64,000 nt of DNA, from the NCBI GenBank assembly GCA_051362555.1, contig CM120643.1, positions 12,250,644 to 12,314,643 on the forward strand, in the 5' to 3' direction. Shown here one piece after another: positions 27,030-40,200 of this stretch. A program made the translations under genes and the position numbers. The notes beneath the pieces are model-generated. The model had not been told where the DNA came from. It ran no database searches and saw only the letters and a program-made list of their open reading frames with translations. The first letter of the stretch is position 1, and each line of letters starts with the position of its first letter. Source of the DNA: Lingula anatina. Taxonomy: Eukaryota > Animalia > Brachiopoda.

Positions 27030-27286
27030 GACTCTGTTCTCATACCTAGATCAATCTGGCAGGATTGACCCATCTCTGAGGAGATTCTCGCTTAATTGCA
27101 TTCAGCTTAAGCGGCTCTGATGTCTAGCATGCCTACTGAAGCCATTAGGGGGGTAATTAACTATCGTTTAGCAGCTTCAGTAGGCATGCCAGACATCTAA
27201 GCCTCTTAGCCCGAATGCAATTTAGCGAGAATCTCCTCAGAGATGGGTCGATCCTGCCAGATTGATCTAGGTATGGGAATGGGATC
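27030..27286. mobile_element. Family B-related MITE, near-perfect hairpin (TSD TTA)
   Basis: About 100-bp inverted arms (CATACCTAGATCAATCTGGCAGGA.../...TCCTGCCAGATTGATCTAGGTATG) around a short loop. Confidence 0.88.
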
Positions 27287-28155
27287 TTAAACATTGGACT
27301 CGAAGTTTAGATCAACAGGCTAATGATACTAAATTGAATGGTCATAAGTAGAATGTTAATGCACCTCAAAGTTTAGTAGCACTGCCCATATTTTAATGCA
27401 AAAAAAAAAAAAAAACGAAGTATTTTCACAAAGCTTTATGTGCAAACTGCAGATTGACAATATATTCTACAAAGACTAAATATGGTAGAATCATTTTGGT
27501 TAAACCATGAAAATTCAGAAGTTGCAACTAATGAAATTGTTTTCATATAGGTATAACAAAAGAATCTAGAAAAAGGAAAAGAAAAATGAAAGGATGAAGG
27601 AAAGGATACATAAACCTTGTAAGATACAGTGACTTTACATCACATGCTTGTGGTACATCTGACATTTTACTTTCATAGCTTTTATATGCAAACATTACCT
27701 ATCACTATGTAAATAAACAAATCATTAACTTAATTTTCTTATATATCTTTAAAGCTAGAGAAATATTTTTTAAAAATATTTTCAAATAATAAAAAGAAAA
27801 TACTAAAGAAAGACATTTTACCATCAAACCCCTCTCCAAATCCTTTTCATTGCTAACACCACCTTTTGTGACCTGATAATCAGTGCTTATGTGGGCACAC
27901 AAAAATGACTTGCATGTATTGTAAACAAGGCAACAGGTGTTACAAGTACTAACTCTGATTTACATGGCAGAATTAATTCTGGAAAATCCCGAGTGGGGGG
28001 GGGGGGGGAGTAGCATGGATACACTTATGAGAGTACATTTGTGTAGTACATGTAAATGTTGTTTACTCCATATATATGCAACTGAGCTAGAGTAAATGGA
28101 AGGGGGGAGGGGGGGAGAAGGCATTTATTCAATATTAATAGGTGGGTAAGTACAC

Positions 28156-28190
<35 letters not shown>

Positions 28191-29429
28191 AAGGGATCAT
28201 CCAACTCGTGAAAGTAAGTAAGAACCAAAAGACAAAAGAAGGAAGAAAGAGAGAGAAAGAGAGACTTACTGAGGACTCTTCCAACTCAAAAAAAGTGCAA
28301 GGAAAATTGAAGTACTAATAATGTACACAATTATCCAGACACACAGTTGTACTACAACACATGCACATGTATCCACCACAAATCCCTCTCCATGACCAAC
28401 AATAACTTACTGTATAGCAGGTGCCTTGAACAAAACTATAAGTGAGCAACACTTGGTATCCTAGCACAACAGACTGTACTACTAGTACGCTCACTAACCA
28501 CGGCTTTTACTCCACTTAAACTGGTCACATGTTGTTTTTTAGAGGGGAAGTTTAATGGTACATTGTTAATTCGATGGGTGAGTCAATGGCCAGACATCCA
28601 GGGGCTTCCCCTCCAGTGCTGACAGATCTGCCGTCATCCATCAAAGGCGACATCAGGCCAGTTCACAGTCACGCAACCCCTACATATCTCCATATCTCGG
28701 CACTCTTCTTCACGATGACCTCAACGAGTGGATTAGGTTCACCAAAATTAATAATTTACGTGTATCTATTTATTTGCTGAGCATGCAGACATGGATGTCG
28801 AGTTTGGCAGAACTGGAAAGTTATGTCAATGATTACTTCAGATAAGTACATTTTGAAATAGACTTTGGTTAAGTGCCCATGAAAAAATTAAATAAAATTT
28901 TCTGCTCTATAAACAAAGATGTTACTGTATGTATAGTAGTGGTCTACAGACAAAATCACAAATATCTTTATAGTCGAGTTGGTCAAAAAACCTAACAGAA
29001 TGCTGAAAAAATTCAAAAGGTATGAAAATTGTTAATAATTTTGAAATAATTTTATAATATTTAAATGAGAAATAAATTTGGCCCACTGGTCACATCTTGG
29101 GTTTCATAATGAGACGTCTCAAAAAAGTACTTGAATTAAGATAATAAATTATTACTCACAGGGGAACTTCAACGAGTAGTCTTCTACACAACCCATGTAA
29201 CTTTTATTTTCAGTCAATTTAAATGATCATTCTCAATAGCAATGCTGGGGCAAAAAGTGAAATGGCACTTAAATCCAAAGTGTTATTTGGATTTGACCTT
29301 CCACTTTACAGAGCCCCTAGGGTACCATCCTTGGGGTACAGCCCCTAGGAGGCAAGCTCCGCAGCTACATATCTAGATCACACGACCAGAAATATGTTCA
29401 AAACTTTCCACGTCTGTACTGGCAGCATA

Positions 29430-29743
29430 GAGGCCATTCAGAATGAGAAGATCTGAGTGCTAACTGGTCCATGGCCTAAATATGGCAGACCTACATGAAA
29501 GGAAGACCGTTTAATCCTGTAATGGTCTCTACGCCTCTTTCACGCCTCCCCACGCATCGTCCCTGCAGGGGCACAGTAATTGAATCTCGGCTCAAAATCG
29601 ATCGGTCATGGGACAATGCGTGGGGAGGCGTGTGAGGGGCGGAGAGACCATTACAGGATTAAGCAGTCTTCCTTTCATGTAGGTCTGCCATATTAAGGCC
29701 ATGGAACAGTTAGCACTCGAATCTTCTCATTCTGAATGGTCCC
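29430..29743. mobile_element. Palindromic MITE family C (about 135-bp arms, 3-bp TSD ATA)
   Basis: ATA[GAGGCCATTCAGAATGAGAAGAT...ATCTTCTCATTCTGAATGGTCCC]ATA. Confidence 0.88.
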
Positions 29744-30390
29744 ATAGTCTCACTTTTTTTGGGTTTTTTTTTTTTTTTCTTTTTCTTTAATAACTCTTAT
29801 AACAGCATGCATAAGACAATAAAATGAATCAAATCATTATTCTGATGAAAATGTCTTCTGGGGTAAGAATACTTTTAGTATCTATTACAGGTAAATAAGC
29901 CTGATGAACTTCCTCAAAATGAGGTCTATGAGACAAAGTTTTATGAGTCTCGTATCTTAACTATTATTTCCTATATATGTTACTCCAAGGGGTCATAAAA
30001 TACGGCTGTTAAATGATACAATGCATTGTATGCTAATCTTCGTATTATGCCGCACAGACCTCAAAATTACTCATCATAGTCTTGTAGCACCTGAAATTGG
30101 TGTGCACGTTTGATAATATTTTTCTAATGGCTTTTCTTGTGGTTTTCATTTCAGGTGCCTGTTTTCTGTGCTTTATGTTGATTGGCTCTTTTTTGTTGTT
30201 ATTTCTTTTTGACTTCTATTAATTATATGATTTTCAACATATGAAATAAAATAGACTGTTTTGTCATGTAAAACACATCTAGCATAGTTGAATTACTTTA
30301 AGTGCTCCCTGTTATGCAATAAAAATAGTTTAACACAAATACCCAAATCATGAACCATTTTGGTCTGACTGCACCACAAACGGCTCTATA

Positions 30391-30502
30391 GGTGCATTCA
30401 GACAAGGGGATAAATCGGTCCAAGTTTAGGTTCAGATGATGACTTTATGGGTGCATTTAGACAAGGAATGAATCAGTCCAAGTTTAGAACCAGATGATAA
30501 CT
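30391..30502. repeat. About 60-bp imperfect tandem duplication
   Basis: GGTGCATT.AGACAAGG..T.AATC.GTCCAAGTTTAG...CAGATGAT.ACT twice. Confidence 0.75.
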
Positions 30503-31062
30503 GATGTCAGTTGGACCAAACTGATTTATCACTGATGCAGGAGACTGCAACCCAGCAGGAGCTCACCATCCCATATGTAAAACAACTGAGAAATCAGACT
30601 GGATTTGGATCTGTCAGAAAAAAATTAACAAAGAAATGTCATGGTGGTTTTACAACTGGGGTCCCTGGACCACATAAGAAGAAAAAATGCAAAGAAAAAA
30701 ATCACTGTGTTCAGTCAATTCAAAGAACCAGCAACAGTTCTAAGAGCTGCCATTTTAAATTTACAATCAGTCTGATAAAAATGACCTTTAGTCCAGCAAA
30801 TTTTTTCGTAATAGCCAGTCCAAATGTCCATCTGTTACTTTTTTTTTTTTATATTTTCAGTATGTTTATCTTGCTGCCTGAATATACTAAACCATAAACA
30901 TATTAAACTCACATGACATATTTCAAGAATGAATGAGTCAACAGAATGACAAAAAATCCCCTCTTTGATAAAATGTATTTATCAACCACACAATCTATTT
31001 TGAAGTACTTAAGCAAATCTACAATATTCACTATTGAGTGACAACAAATATCTGATACTTAA

Positions 31063-31314
31063 GGCTCATCCCCAATAAAATTATCGTTCTACATAGATCG
31101 ATTCAATCCCGTTGGGACTCTCGCTGAATGCAATCAGATTAACAAATTAAAACGCCTCCTCCTGGCATTGAGTAGAATACAGAAAAGATGGTGATTACGC
31201 AAGCACGTTGGAAAGAACAGAAGTGTTAATCTGTTAAACTTAATGCAATCAACGAGGGTTTCCACAGAGTTGGATCGATCTACATAGACCAATAGTTTCA
31301 TTGGGAATGTGCCC
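31063..31314. mobile_element. Family B-related MITE (TSD TAA), diverged
   Basis: TAA[GGCTCATCCCCAAT...ATTGGGAATGTGCCC]TAA, with TAGATCGAT subterminal inverted motifs. Confidence 0.75.
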
Positions 31315-32137
31315 TAAGGCTTAAATTGATGCAATACTTTCTAGGATGTAATCAACATACCATACATTTGGATGAAGAACTAAAGCATGATAGGGTAATT
31401 TTGTAGTTGATAAGTTCTTACTAATCCTTATCTATTCCAGTATCTTGTTCTTAGTTTATATTTGGTTAAAATTTTTATTTCGAAATGTTCAGTTTTAGGG
31501 GTACAAAATCGAATTCACAAGCATTTTAATTTCAATTGCCATTGGTAGAAACCCAGTTTCTAAATGTCATGTATATAATTCACATTTTTTCACAATAATT
31601 GTATAAATGTAGCTTCATATCTTGCTCAGGCATTAATTAACTCAACCTGCCAGTAACAGTACCACAAGCTGGATGCTCAGTGCATAACCTCCTTCCTTTT
31701 ATAATCACAATCTATATTTGATAATCTTTGGATGAGAGCTGCTACTACAAATTGTAGTTAATGTGTAATTCATCGTAATGTCTACACCCAAACAAGACAT
31801 TCTTCCAGCTGTTACACAAGGAAGGAATGTTGTGCGGCATTGAATTCAACACAGTCACCCGCATACTTTAAACGCTTTGGTTTTTACTACAAAATTCTTT
31901 GCTCAGTTTTCAGACACAGGCCAAAAACTGAGTTATAACTGTTGTGCTGCTTTTTTTCCCAATGTAATCATGGCATTCTTCAAGGCCTTATGCCCTTACT
32001 GTTCAATTTGTTTCAAATTAATTTTTGATTGCAGTACTTTTTTTTACTTAGCTTTCAAGCACAGAGTTAAAACAGAGTACATATAAACAGGATAAAAGAT
32101 TATCCAAATTAAGTCAGTAATTGGCTTTAAAGTCTAA

Positions 32138-32374
32138 GGGACCATTCCCACAGATATTTGGATCGATCTATCTCCCTGGGGAGTCTCACTAAATTGCCAT
32201 CAACTTAACTGGCTTAAATGTAGTAAAGCTGTTTGGGGGTAACTGTCTTGACCCCCTGGCTGATTCAGTAGGCGTGACAGACATTTAAGCGGGTTAAGTT
32301 GATAGCAATTTAGTGAAGCTCCCGAGGGAGAAACACCGATCCAGATGGATCGATCTAGGCATGGGAACTCAGTC
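32138..32374. mobile_element. Family B-related MITE (TSD TAA)
   Basis: TAA[GGGACCATTCCCA...TGGGAACTCAGTC]TAA; shares GATCGATCTA and GGGGAGTCTCACTA motifs with family B. Confidence 0.82.
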
Positions 32375-33792
32375 TAAGTACAACCTTCATGACAACCACA
32401 TTTCCTCAAAGATCGTTAATTGTCTTGACTAGGCATTTGTGTCAAACAGTTCAAATGACACAATCAATCCAAACCAATAGGTTTTTAAGTGATTTTTTTT
32501 CTTGGTCCAAAAATTTAGAAGAAACATTAATTCCAAGCAACAATAGTTTCATCTTGTGTCAACCATTTTGACAGTGCCATCCAGCAAAAGAAGGTATGTA
32601 TTGACCCTTCCGGATATGACATCACAATCATGCAATCATGTGACCAACGGTGTGGATGTTTGTTTCAGCTTCCACTGCCTACTAGCACTGGCAGGTACAG
32701 TGAGTAATGACTAGATCTTTTCAATGGAGAAAAAATTATCAATTTTTTTTAAACATAATTTTGGAATCATGTAAAATATTTTCTACATATAAAAAGAATT
32801 TTGGTGCTTTTTTCTGTATAGAACAGAACTATCAGGTAGCCTGCTTATCAATTCTGTAGCAACCACCATAGGAATGTTCAGGAACTGGTGACTTAAAAAA
32901 TATACTGTATCTGTCAAATTCACAATTTTCCCCATTGAAAAAATTGAGTCATTACCAGAAAGAAAATGCTTCCAGCATCTGGGTGAAAATAATAATATAA
33001 ATTTTTTAAGCGTAAATAATAGAGCTGTACATATATTTTATATATTCAAAAATATTGAACTTCTACATTTAGCTGATAAAAAATTTGTTAAGTGAAGAAT
33101 TACATTGAAAAAAAGCACTGTGTTATAGCTGGGATAAGCTGAATGCTTGCTTGTAAAATCTTTCAAGTTCTGCAAACTTTTGACTTAATTAGAAATTAAT
33201 GAAATCCGATGGAATCCCTGTCACTTTGGTTTATGCATATATTCACTTCTGAAAACCTTTTACATGTTGGGATACCATTCCCATTTTCATTGCAAAAAAG
33301 CCTAAATGGTAAGTGGTGGCCCCAATCCCACCATCTTCAAAGTTTGAGGCCTCCATGGCTGCACTTCTCCACCCAAAAAGGTCCATAAAAAGTTTCAACT
33401 GGAACATGTTTTCAGTGCACATCTAAATGAGCCCTTGCAAATCATAAAAGTCCAGTTACTGCATCAAAGAAGGCTCAAATGTTGCAGCTGAGCAATGGAT
33501 ACATGTGACACTAGGTTCTATTAACAGTTGGATAAATGACAACATGTTGATTTATGTGCAGCTGGTGTTTGCCTTATTTTAAGGTCACAAGGCCTTTGGT
33601 GGAAAAAATGGTTTACACTGCAGTTGGGCAGATCTAGCCCAGAGGTTTTACATTTTACTTTTAACTTACAGTAAATGTTTTTTATATAATATCAGAAAGA
33701 ATATGCTTCATTGCAATTCATCTTTTGAAATCCTGATGTGTGAATACTCATTATGTTGACCTGTTAAAAACTACATGTACTAAGTACACTTA

Positions 33793-34006
33793 GACCCCAT
33801 TCCCAGAGATTAGATCGCTCCAACTAGATCGACCTAACTCCCTGGGGGTTCACGCTTAATAGCTGTCAGCCGAGCGGGCATGAAAGTTAATTACCCCCTT
33901 ACAACTTGTAGTAGGCGGGACGGACATTTAAGCCGGATTATCCGACAGTAATCTAGTGAGACTCCCCATGGGGATAGATCGATCTAAAATCTATGGGAAT
34001 GCGCCC
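33793..34006. mobile_element. PIF/Harbinger-like MITE family B (TSD TTA)
   Basis: TTA[GACCCCATTCCCA...TGGGAATGCGCCC]TTA, 214 bp; near-identical reverse complement of 39850-40063. Confidence 0.9.
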
Positions 34007-36704
34007 TTACAAACAGCATACCTGTGGTGTACCCCGTCTTCTGTTGTTCTTAATGAAACAATGAAATGATTTAAAATTTGATTACAAAGCTACGGTTCAA
34101 AGACGTTAGTCCCTCTTAAATATGACAGATTTCCCAGGTTTTCATTACAGACATTTCCCCTTATAACCAGTCAAACACGCTCCCCAAAAAATTTTGTATA
34201 GACAAAAATCACACCAGTAGCATATTAAATCCTTTTGTGCTTTGACTTGCACCTACAAATTGACTACATTATCCTATGCAGTGACTTTTTTAAATAGACC
34301 CACCTTAAGATTCCTACTATAATTCAAGACATCACTGATAAAAATATTATCATTTAGCATAAATTATGCAAAAACAATTAAAGACCACACAAAAGGCTGA
34401 TCAAAGATAAATGTAGATTACCGTTTTCATCCGATTTCACAATTTCAGAAGTTGTAGGGCCTTGATCGATCTTTCAGCCTAACTGCAAGTTGAAACTAGA
34501 GTAAGCTCAAAAAGTGTAATGTAAAAATCAAATAAAAGGTAACTCAATTCTAGGTTCATAATTTGTTCTACTATTGTGTCTCGTAACAAACAACACTCAA
34601 TGGCCCCGCCCGCCATTCAACTGCACACAATAGGACTGCATGATTTAGTAATAACAGCTTACTATAAACTATGGCAGTAAAAAAAAAAACACTCAGAAGG
34701 TTTACAAATCATGGTAAGCTCACTGGAAAAGGGGGCTCTGTCTTATCAAAATTTCGTCACATTAACAGCAAGATAACATAATTCACATCAATCTGCTTAA
34801 TGATGTTTCTCATAGCTTCCCTATTTTTTCCTGACGTTAAAACTAATCAGCCGTGAGATATTAAACGACTGAAAAACATTACCAACAGGGCCTCCATTGA
34901 TGTGGTCCACATAGTATGGCACCACTTTGATCACGAGGTCATAAAAGGGAATTAATGCCCCCATTGTTATATATCTTTATGCAAACTTACACAAAACAAT
35001 TTGTAGCACTGAATAATTCACGAGCTGCATGCTTTCGTAGACCCCACGAGGAACGCACTGTCCACAGTGGGGTCATGCATTCAGTGGAGGTAAACCTCAG
35101 CTGGGTAAAATGAAACTACTTTATATCAATACATCAAGGACATCTGTCTGGGATTTTACGAGGTACCAGGATAGGGTAACGGAGGGAGGTGAGGGGGTGG
35201 GGTGGAGGGGGGGAGGGGAGGGAAAGGGATAGAGAGATTTTTTTTACTCACTTAAAATGGCACAGTTAGGTAAAGTTTTCGACAACATGCCAGTTCCTTC
35301 CCCCTTTCCTCCTTCCCACTTTCACCTTAACCTGCTTTCGATGTCTCTCTCTCTCTGTTTACAATTTTGTAACCTCAAAAATACCCGTTTGTCTGCTCTA
35401 CCATGTATCTCATACAGTCAACTTCTCCGATTATTCAGTTTCAAAACACTTTATGTATTGGTTGTAAGCATTAATGGGGATTATTTGAGATCAGCAATCA
35501 AATTCTAGAATATCAAGTTTATTAGCTCAAAATTTTCTGTGATCAATTCCCCAAATGTAAAGAGACCTGGTGTAGCACTGATCTAAATTGGTTCCGATTT
35601 AAATATACCTATGAAATTTTTAATGGTTTGGTATATCTGACTCTGTGTAGGTAATTAGAACCAGTGGTGAATGATAAACTGTCTCAGATAAACACGTCTA
35701 TGATAATTTCACTATATCCAATGTGATCCAGGTGACATCACTATTTTATAGTACACTGGAGTTTTAGAAGCACCTCTTATCATTGTGGTATTAATGGCAA
35801 AGAGTTTTTATTAGCTTAAAAAAAATAATAAAGGCCCCATCTCTTGTATTCAGAGCCTCAGTCTTACCCCCTTATACCCACCCACCCACCCGGGACCCCC
35901 ACTGAATTTATAACCTCTCTTTATCCCACCCCCAATCCCACCCTTCACCCCCCCCCCCCCCCAAGTTCAAAGGTAAAAAAACTAAACAATATGTGGGACA
36001 AAAAAAGGTTTTACAATATGACGCAACTTAAATTTCCTTCTTGGTAGAGCTATGATCTTATTATTTAGATCATGCACTGTATACAATAGCTCTGTAGGTG
36101 TGTAATGTTAACTGTTGTGAATTAGGCATGACAAATGTTAGGTTATACTAGCATTCCGAGGCTTCACCCATCAATCTCTGTCAGATAGGCTCTGTTTTTT
36201 TTGTATGGTTATGGATCAAGACACCAATCTTTTTAAATAATCCATCTGTATTAGTAAATAAATTAAAAAAAAAAAAACAACACACCAATTCTATCTGCAT
36301 CATTCCTACCTGCCAATTTAGCTTTCATAACGTCACAAAGGTGGGGGAGCCGATTGAACCATCTAGTTACTAATTTGAAATTAATTCTTTTGATAAAAAT
36401 ATCAGCCCGCGTCAGTTTGAGAAAACGGGACTTCAACAATGCCTACTTATTCTCAACCACAATTTTCAGGACACAGAAGTGTTATAAAGTCTGCTCAAAT
36501 ATAAACTTAGATCTTCAAGTAAACAAGCCATTATACTCAGGTAAAAAATGTATTCAATGTGAAACAGTTCTGATGCCCCTCTGCAACATTTCCCACCCAC
36601 ACTGTTTTTCCTCCATTAACTTTTTACCATTTCTCTTTCATCCAATTTACTTTAGGACAGTTAAGATGAGGTATACACAGAAGTTGATTTCTTTTTCTTA
36701 TTTT

Positions 36705-37545
36705 CTCTGACAATGGAGTAGGTAATGTTTTCGTTACCATTACTGTTAGTGCCTTTGTCTGTGTAGAGGGTTACACAAAAAGTAATGAACAGATTTTATA
36801 GAAATTTTCAGGATAGGTCACAAATGGCCCAAGGAAGAAATGATTAGATTTTGGTGATGATACTTGAATTAATTAATTATGTACAGATCTTGGTGAAATC
36901 TTTAGAATAGGTCATAAATGGGCCAAGGAAGTAACAATTATATTTATTTATAGGTTAAAAATCGGCCAATTTCATGAAATTTTCAGGATAGGTCAGATAA
37001 GGACAAAGGAAGAAATGAAAAGATTTTTATTATGATCCATTTATTTATTATGACATATAAAGAGATTAAAAAAGTTCACAGTGAAAAACAAAAAACTCAG
37101 AGCACAGATTTCTCCCAAGACAAATAATTAACTATTAATAATCATTAACTAATTAATGGGTCATCACCAAAATTTAATCATTTCTTCCTTGGCCATTTGT
37201 GACCTATCTCGAAAATTTTATCAAAATCTATTTTTCACTTGTTGACATAATTAACTAAAAATTAATAATTCATTAATTAATTTATTAATGATTCATCACC
37301 AAAATCGCATTATTTCTTCCTCGGACCATTTGTGACCTATCCTGAAAATTTCATCAAATGCTGTTTATTACTTTTTGACTTAATTAATTAATTAATTAAT
37401 CAATGGATCACCACCTTTATTATTTTTTCCTTGGCTTCTTTGTGATATATCTTTAAAAATTTCATCAAAACCTGTTTATTACTCTTTTGCGTTAAGTTGC
37501 TGCCAGACAAACTATAACAAAAACAATACCTTGGCAGAGGTAAAA
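36705..37545. mobile_element. Fold-back element with 3+3 inverted internal subrepeats; boundaries approximate
   Basis: Units GAAATTTTCAGGATAGGTCA..CCAAGGAAGAAATGA at about 36801, 36896 and 36976, with reverse complements at about 37161, 37293 and 37408; ends CCTTGGCAGAGGTAA. Confidence 0.7.
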
Positions 37546-38510
37546 ATGAAAGTTACGAAAGGAAAATACGACGTGGCATGTCCCATACCAGGTATTTACC
37601 CTATGAAACATTTCATCACTATTACAACAGTCGCAGTGGGTGGAGTGTGACAGTAGGAAGAAAACGTGCACACAATGACCTTACGACTACGTATACCTGG
37701 ATTCAGGCCACTACACAAGGTCGCAGGGGGTGTCACTTTTACGACAAACATGCATGAATTAATAACAAGGTGGCAGCATTTGCTGATAGGCGGTGAGAAC
37801 AGAAAGTGCCTGCAGAGGCGTCATCACCTCAATGTCCTGTATAAACTTCCTCTTCGCAGATCAACTTGGATTTAAGGTCAATCAAATATTACAAAATAAT
37901 TTTTCTGTTCAAAAGCCAAAATTTAAAAAGTAAAACAGTGTGTGACTGGAAGCACTTTCAGTATAAATAACCATGAAGTAATCGTATTAACACAACTACA
38001 TGCTAAGACTAAATAAAATACAGGTTTCATTTTTTTTTCTTTAGGTTTTCATGCACAGTGTAACGAAGGAAGAGGCACCTGTGATCCTGATGGACTATGC
38101 CATAAAATATGACTCATTTCCAGTCAAGATAGAACTATATAACTTTGTGCACACGATCTCAGCTGACAGCAAGTACAGTGTCAAACCATAGGAACCTGAC
38201 TTAACTACAAGTGACTTAATTCAATTACAGTTGTGGTGTGCAGCAGACTAATCAGTTTGTCTTCTTATGGTGAGTAACACAGTCTGCTGAGATAAAGAAG
38301 GTTAAGAAATAAGTTGAGCCTGCACATGTTGATTATAAATGGGGCCTGTTACTATGACTACACAGACACAAATTTCTTTTTCAAGAACAACACCAGCAGT
38401 AGTATTCCATCAGTCCTGTTGGTTACATCAACCACCTCACAACACAGAAAGAGACACAATTTCTTTACAATACCAACCAATACGCAACAGGCAATTTGTA
38501 AAAAACTTAC

Positions 38511-38531
38511 CATCTTTTCAAATATGATATC
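38511..38531 (-). other. Candidate 21-nt microexon (probably 5'UTR) of the - strand gene
   Basis: Long pyrimidine tract ttgttttcttccttttattgctgccAG | GATATCATATTTGAAAAGATG | GTAAGT. Confidence 0.5.
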
Positions 38532-39849
38532 CTGGCAGCAATAAAAGGAAGAAAACAACAATTGAAAGAAAAGGTAATTATTTTACATTAATTACAATTA
38601 TACTACAGTATAACTTCCAAGTTAATTCAAGATTATTGATATGGAATCCTGTGACACAATCATGCCTTTGCCATAAACACACACATTCTCCGTCTGCAAT
38701 AAGTCCCTAGTCATCAATACTTCTCAATCTCTGGGCTATTTAACAAAAGAGCTTAAGATAAAAGTTGGCCGAAACTTAACCTTTAAAGATCTATACATAA
38801 GAAACACTTATAATTTATACTCTGGAATATATAAATCATTAGTATCAGTTTCTTACACAACAAGAACAATAAAACTATATTATCTCTCCAGCAGCCAAAA
38901 AAAAAAAAAAAATGCCTTCTTTAAATTTCTTGTGAATCTGCCCCCCTTACTTTCCCTCTAGTCCATAAAGCATGGAAAGTAAGCAGGAAATATGTGGAAA
39001 TATAATTTTTCAGGAAATCATGTAACAAAACTCCAAAATTTTTAAGTTTTACCATCTGAAACTATTTGGTGGCATTTGGTTGGGTTGAGCAACAATAATA
39101 GCACTCATTTAATATATATGCATCTTTAACACCAAAAAAAAATTAGTTTACTTCATCTCAGGATATATTGGTCCAGGTGCGCAAAAAATACTGAATATTT
39201 GAAACAGACACTTTTTTCTTTAATTTTTATTAAAATAGTGAACTACAACTGATCTAAAACACCATATGAAAGTAGACTAAATTTAGCCATCTTTAAGAAA
39301 AAAACTTGCTTTCTATGCAAGTTCTTTTGTGTCGCCCGGCCCTGGCGTAGGTATTGTACATACCATCAGGCCCCCAGCAGTTCAATGAAATGACACATGA
39401 AGAATGTGAAAGTACGACTTAAGTATTTACATTAATAGTGGCTTACTCTACAGACATGAAAGTAGGCAATATTTGCCATGCGTATTATAAGAGGTCTGCA
39501 TTATGATATGCCCAGACAGCTCAATGGCATCAAATAACCCATCATCCATAGACTACCAGGTGTGCTAGCTTTATACATTAAAATATCTGAAAATAATTCT
39601 TTGGGGGAGGGGGGGTGAAAAGGGAGAGAAAATTTTATGGTCTTTGTTGCTTGTGTAATTTACCACCATGACTTAATATGTGTGTCGTTATGCATCTTAA
39701 GCACTCCAAGTTAAAATTCTTTACAATCGTACTCAAATATTATTTCAAGTGAAGTGAATAATTATCAAATAAAGACCCTATCCTCCCATACCCCGTGTCA
39801 CTTATAAATTTCATCTTGCACAGCTATATTTTTATACTGATGTCACTAA

Positions 39850-40063
39850 GGGCGCATTCCCATAGATTTTATATTGATCTATCCCCATGGGGAGTCTCAC
39901 TAGATTACTGTCAGATAATCCGGCTAAAATGTCCGTCTCGCCTACTACAAGCTGTAAGGGGGTAATTAACTTTCGTGTCCGCTCGGCTGACAGCTATTTA
40001 GCGTGAACCCCCAGGGAGTTACGTCGATCTAGTTGGATCGATCTTATCTCCGGAAATGGGGTC
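39850..40063. mobile_element. PIF/Harbinger-like MITE family B (TSD TAA)
   Basis: TAA[GGGCGCATTCCCA...GAAATGGGGTC]TAA, 214 bp. Confidence 0.9.
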
Positions 40064-40078
40064 TAAGACATCACTAAA

Positions 40079-40200
40079 GGGACATTCAGAATAGAAGATC
40101 CGAGTATCAACTGATCCAAGGATCGAATATGGCGGACCCTACATGAAAGGAAGGCCGTTTAATCCTGTAATGATCTCTCCTACTCTCACACGCCTCCCTT
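40079..40200. mobile_element. Single arm of MITE family C
   Basis: CATTCAGAAT..ATATGGC..CCTACATGAAAGGAAG..TTTAATCCTGTAATG matches an arm of 29430-29743; adjacent to a family B copy. Confidence 0.8.

Noticed and set aside
30511-30897. Longest ORF in the track (128 aa)
   Set aside because: Non-ATG start, no recognisable domain, low-complexity composition and no convincing splice signals.
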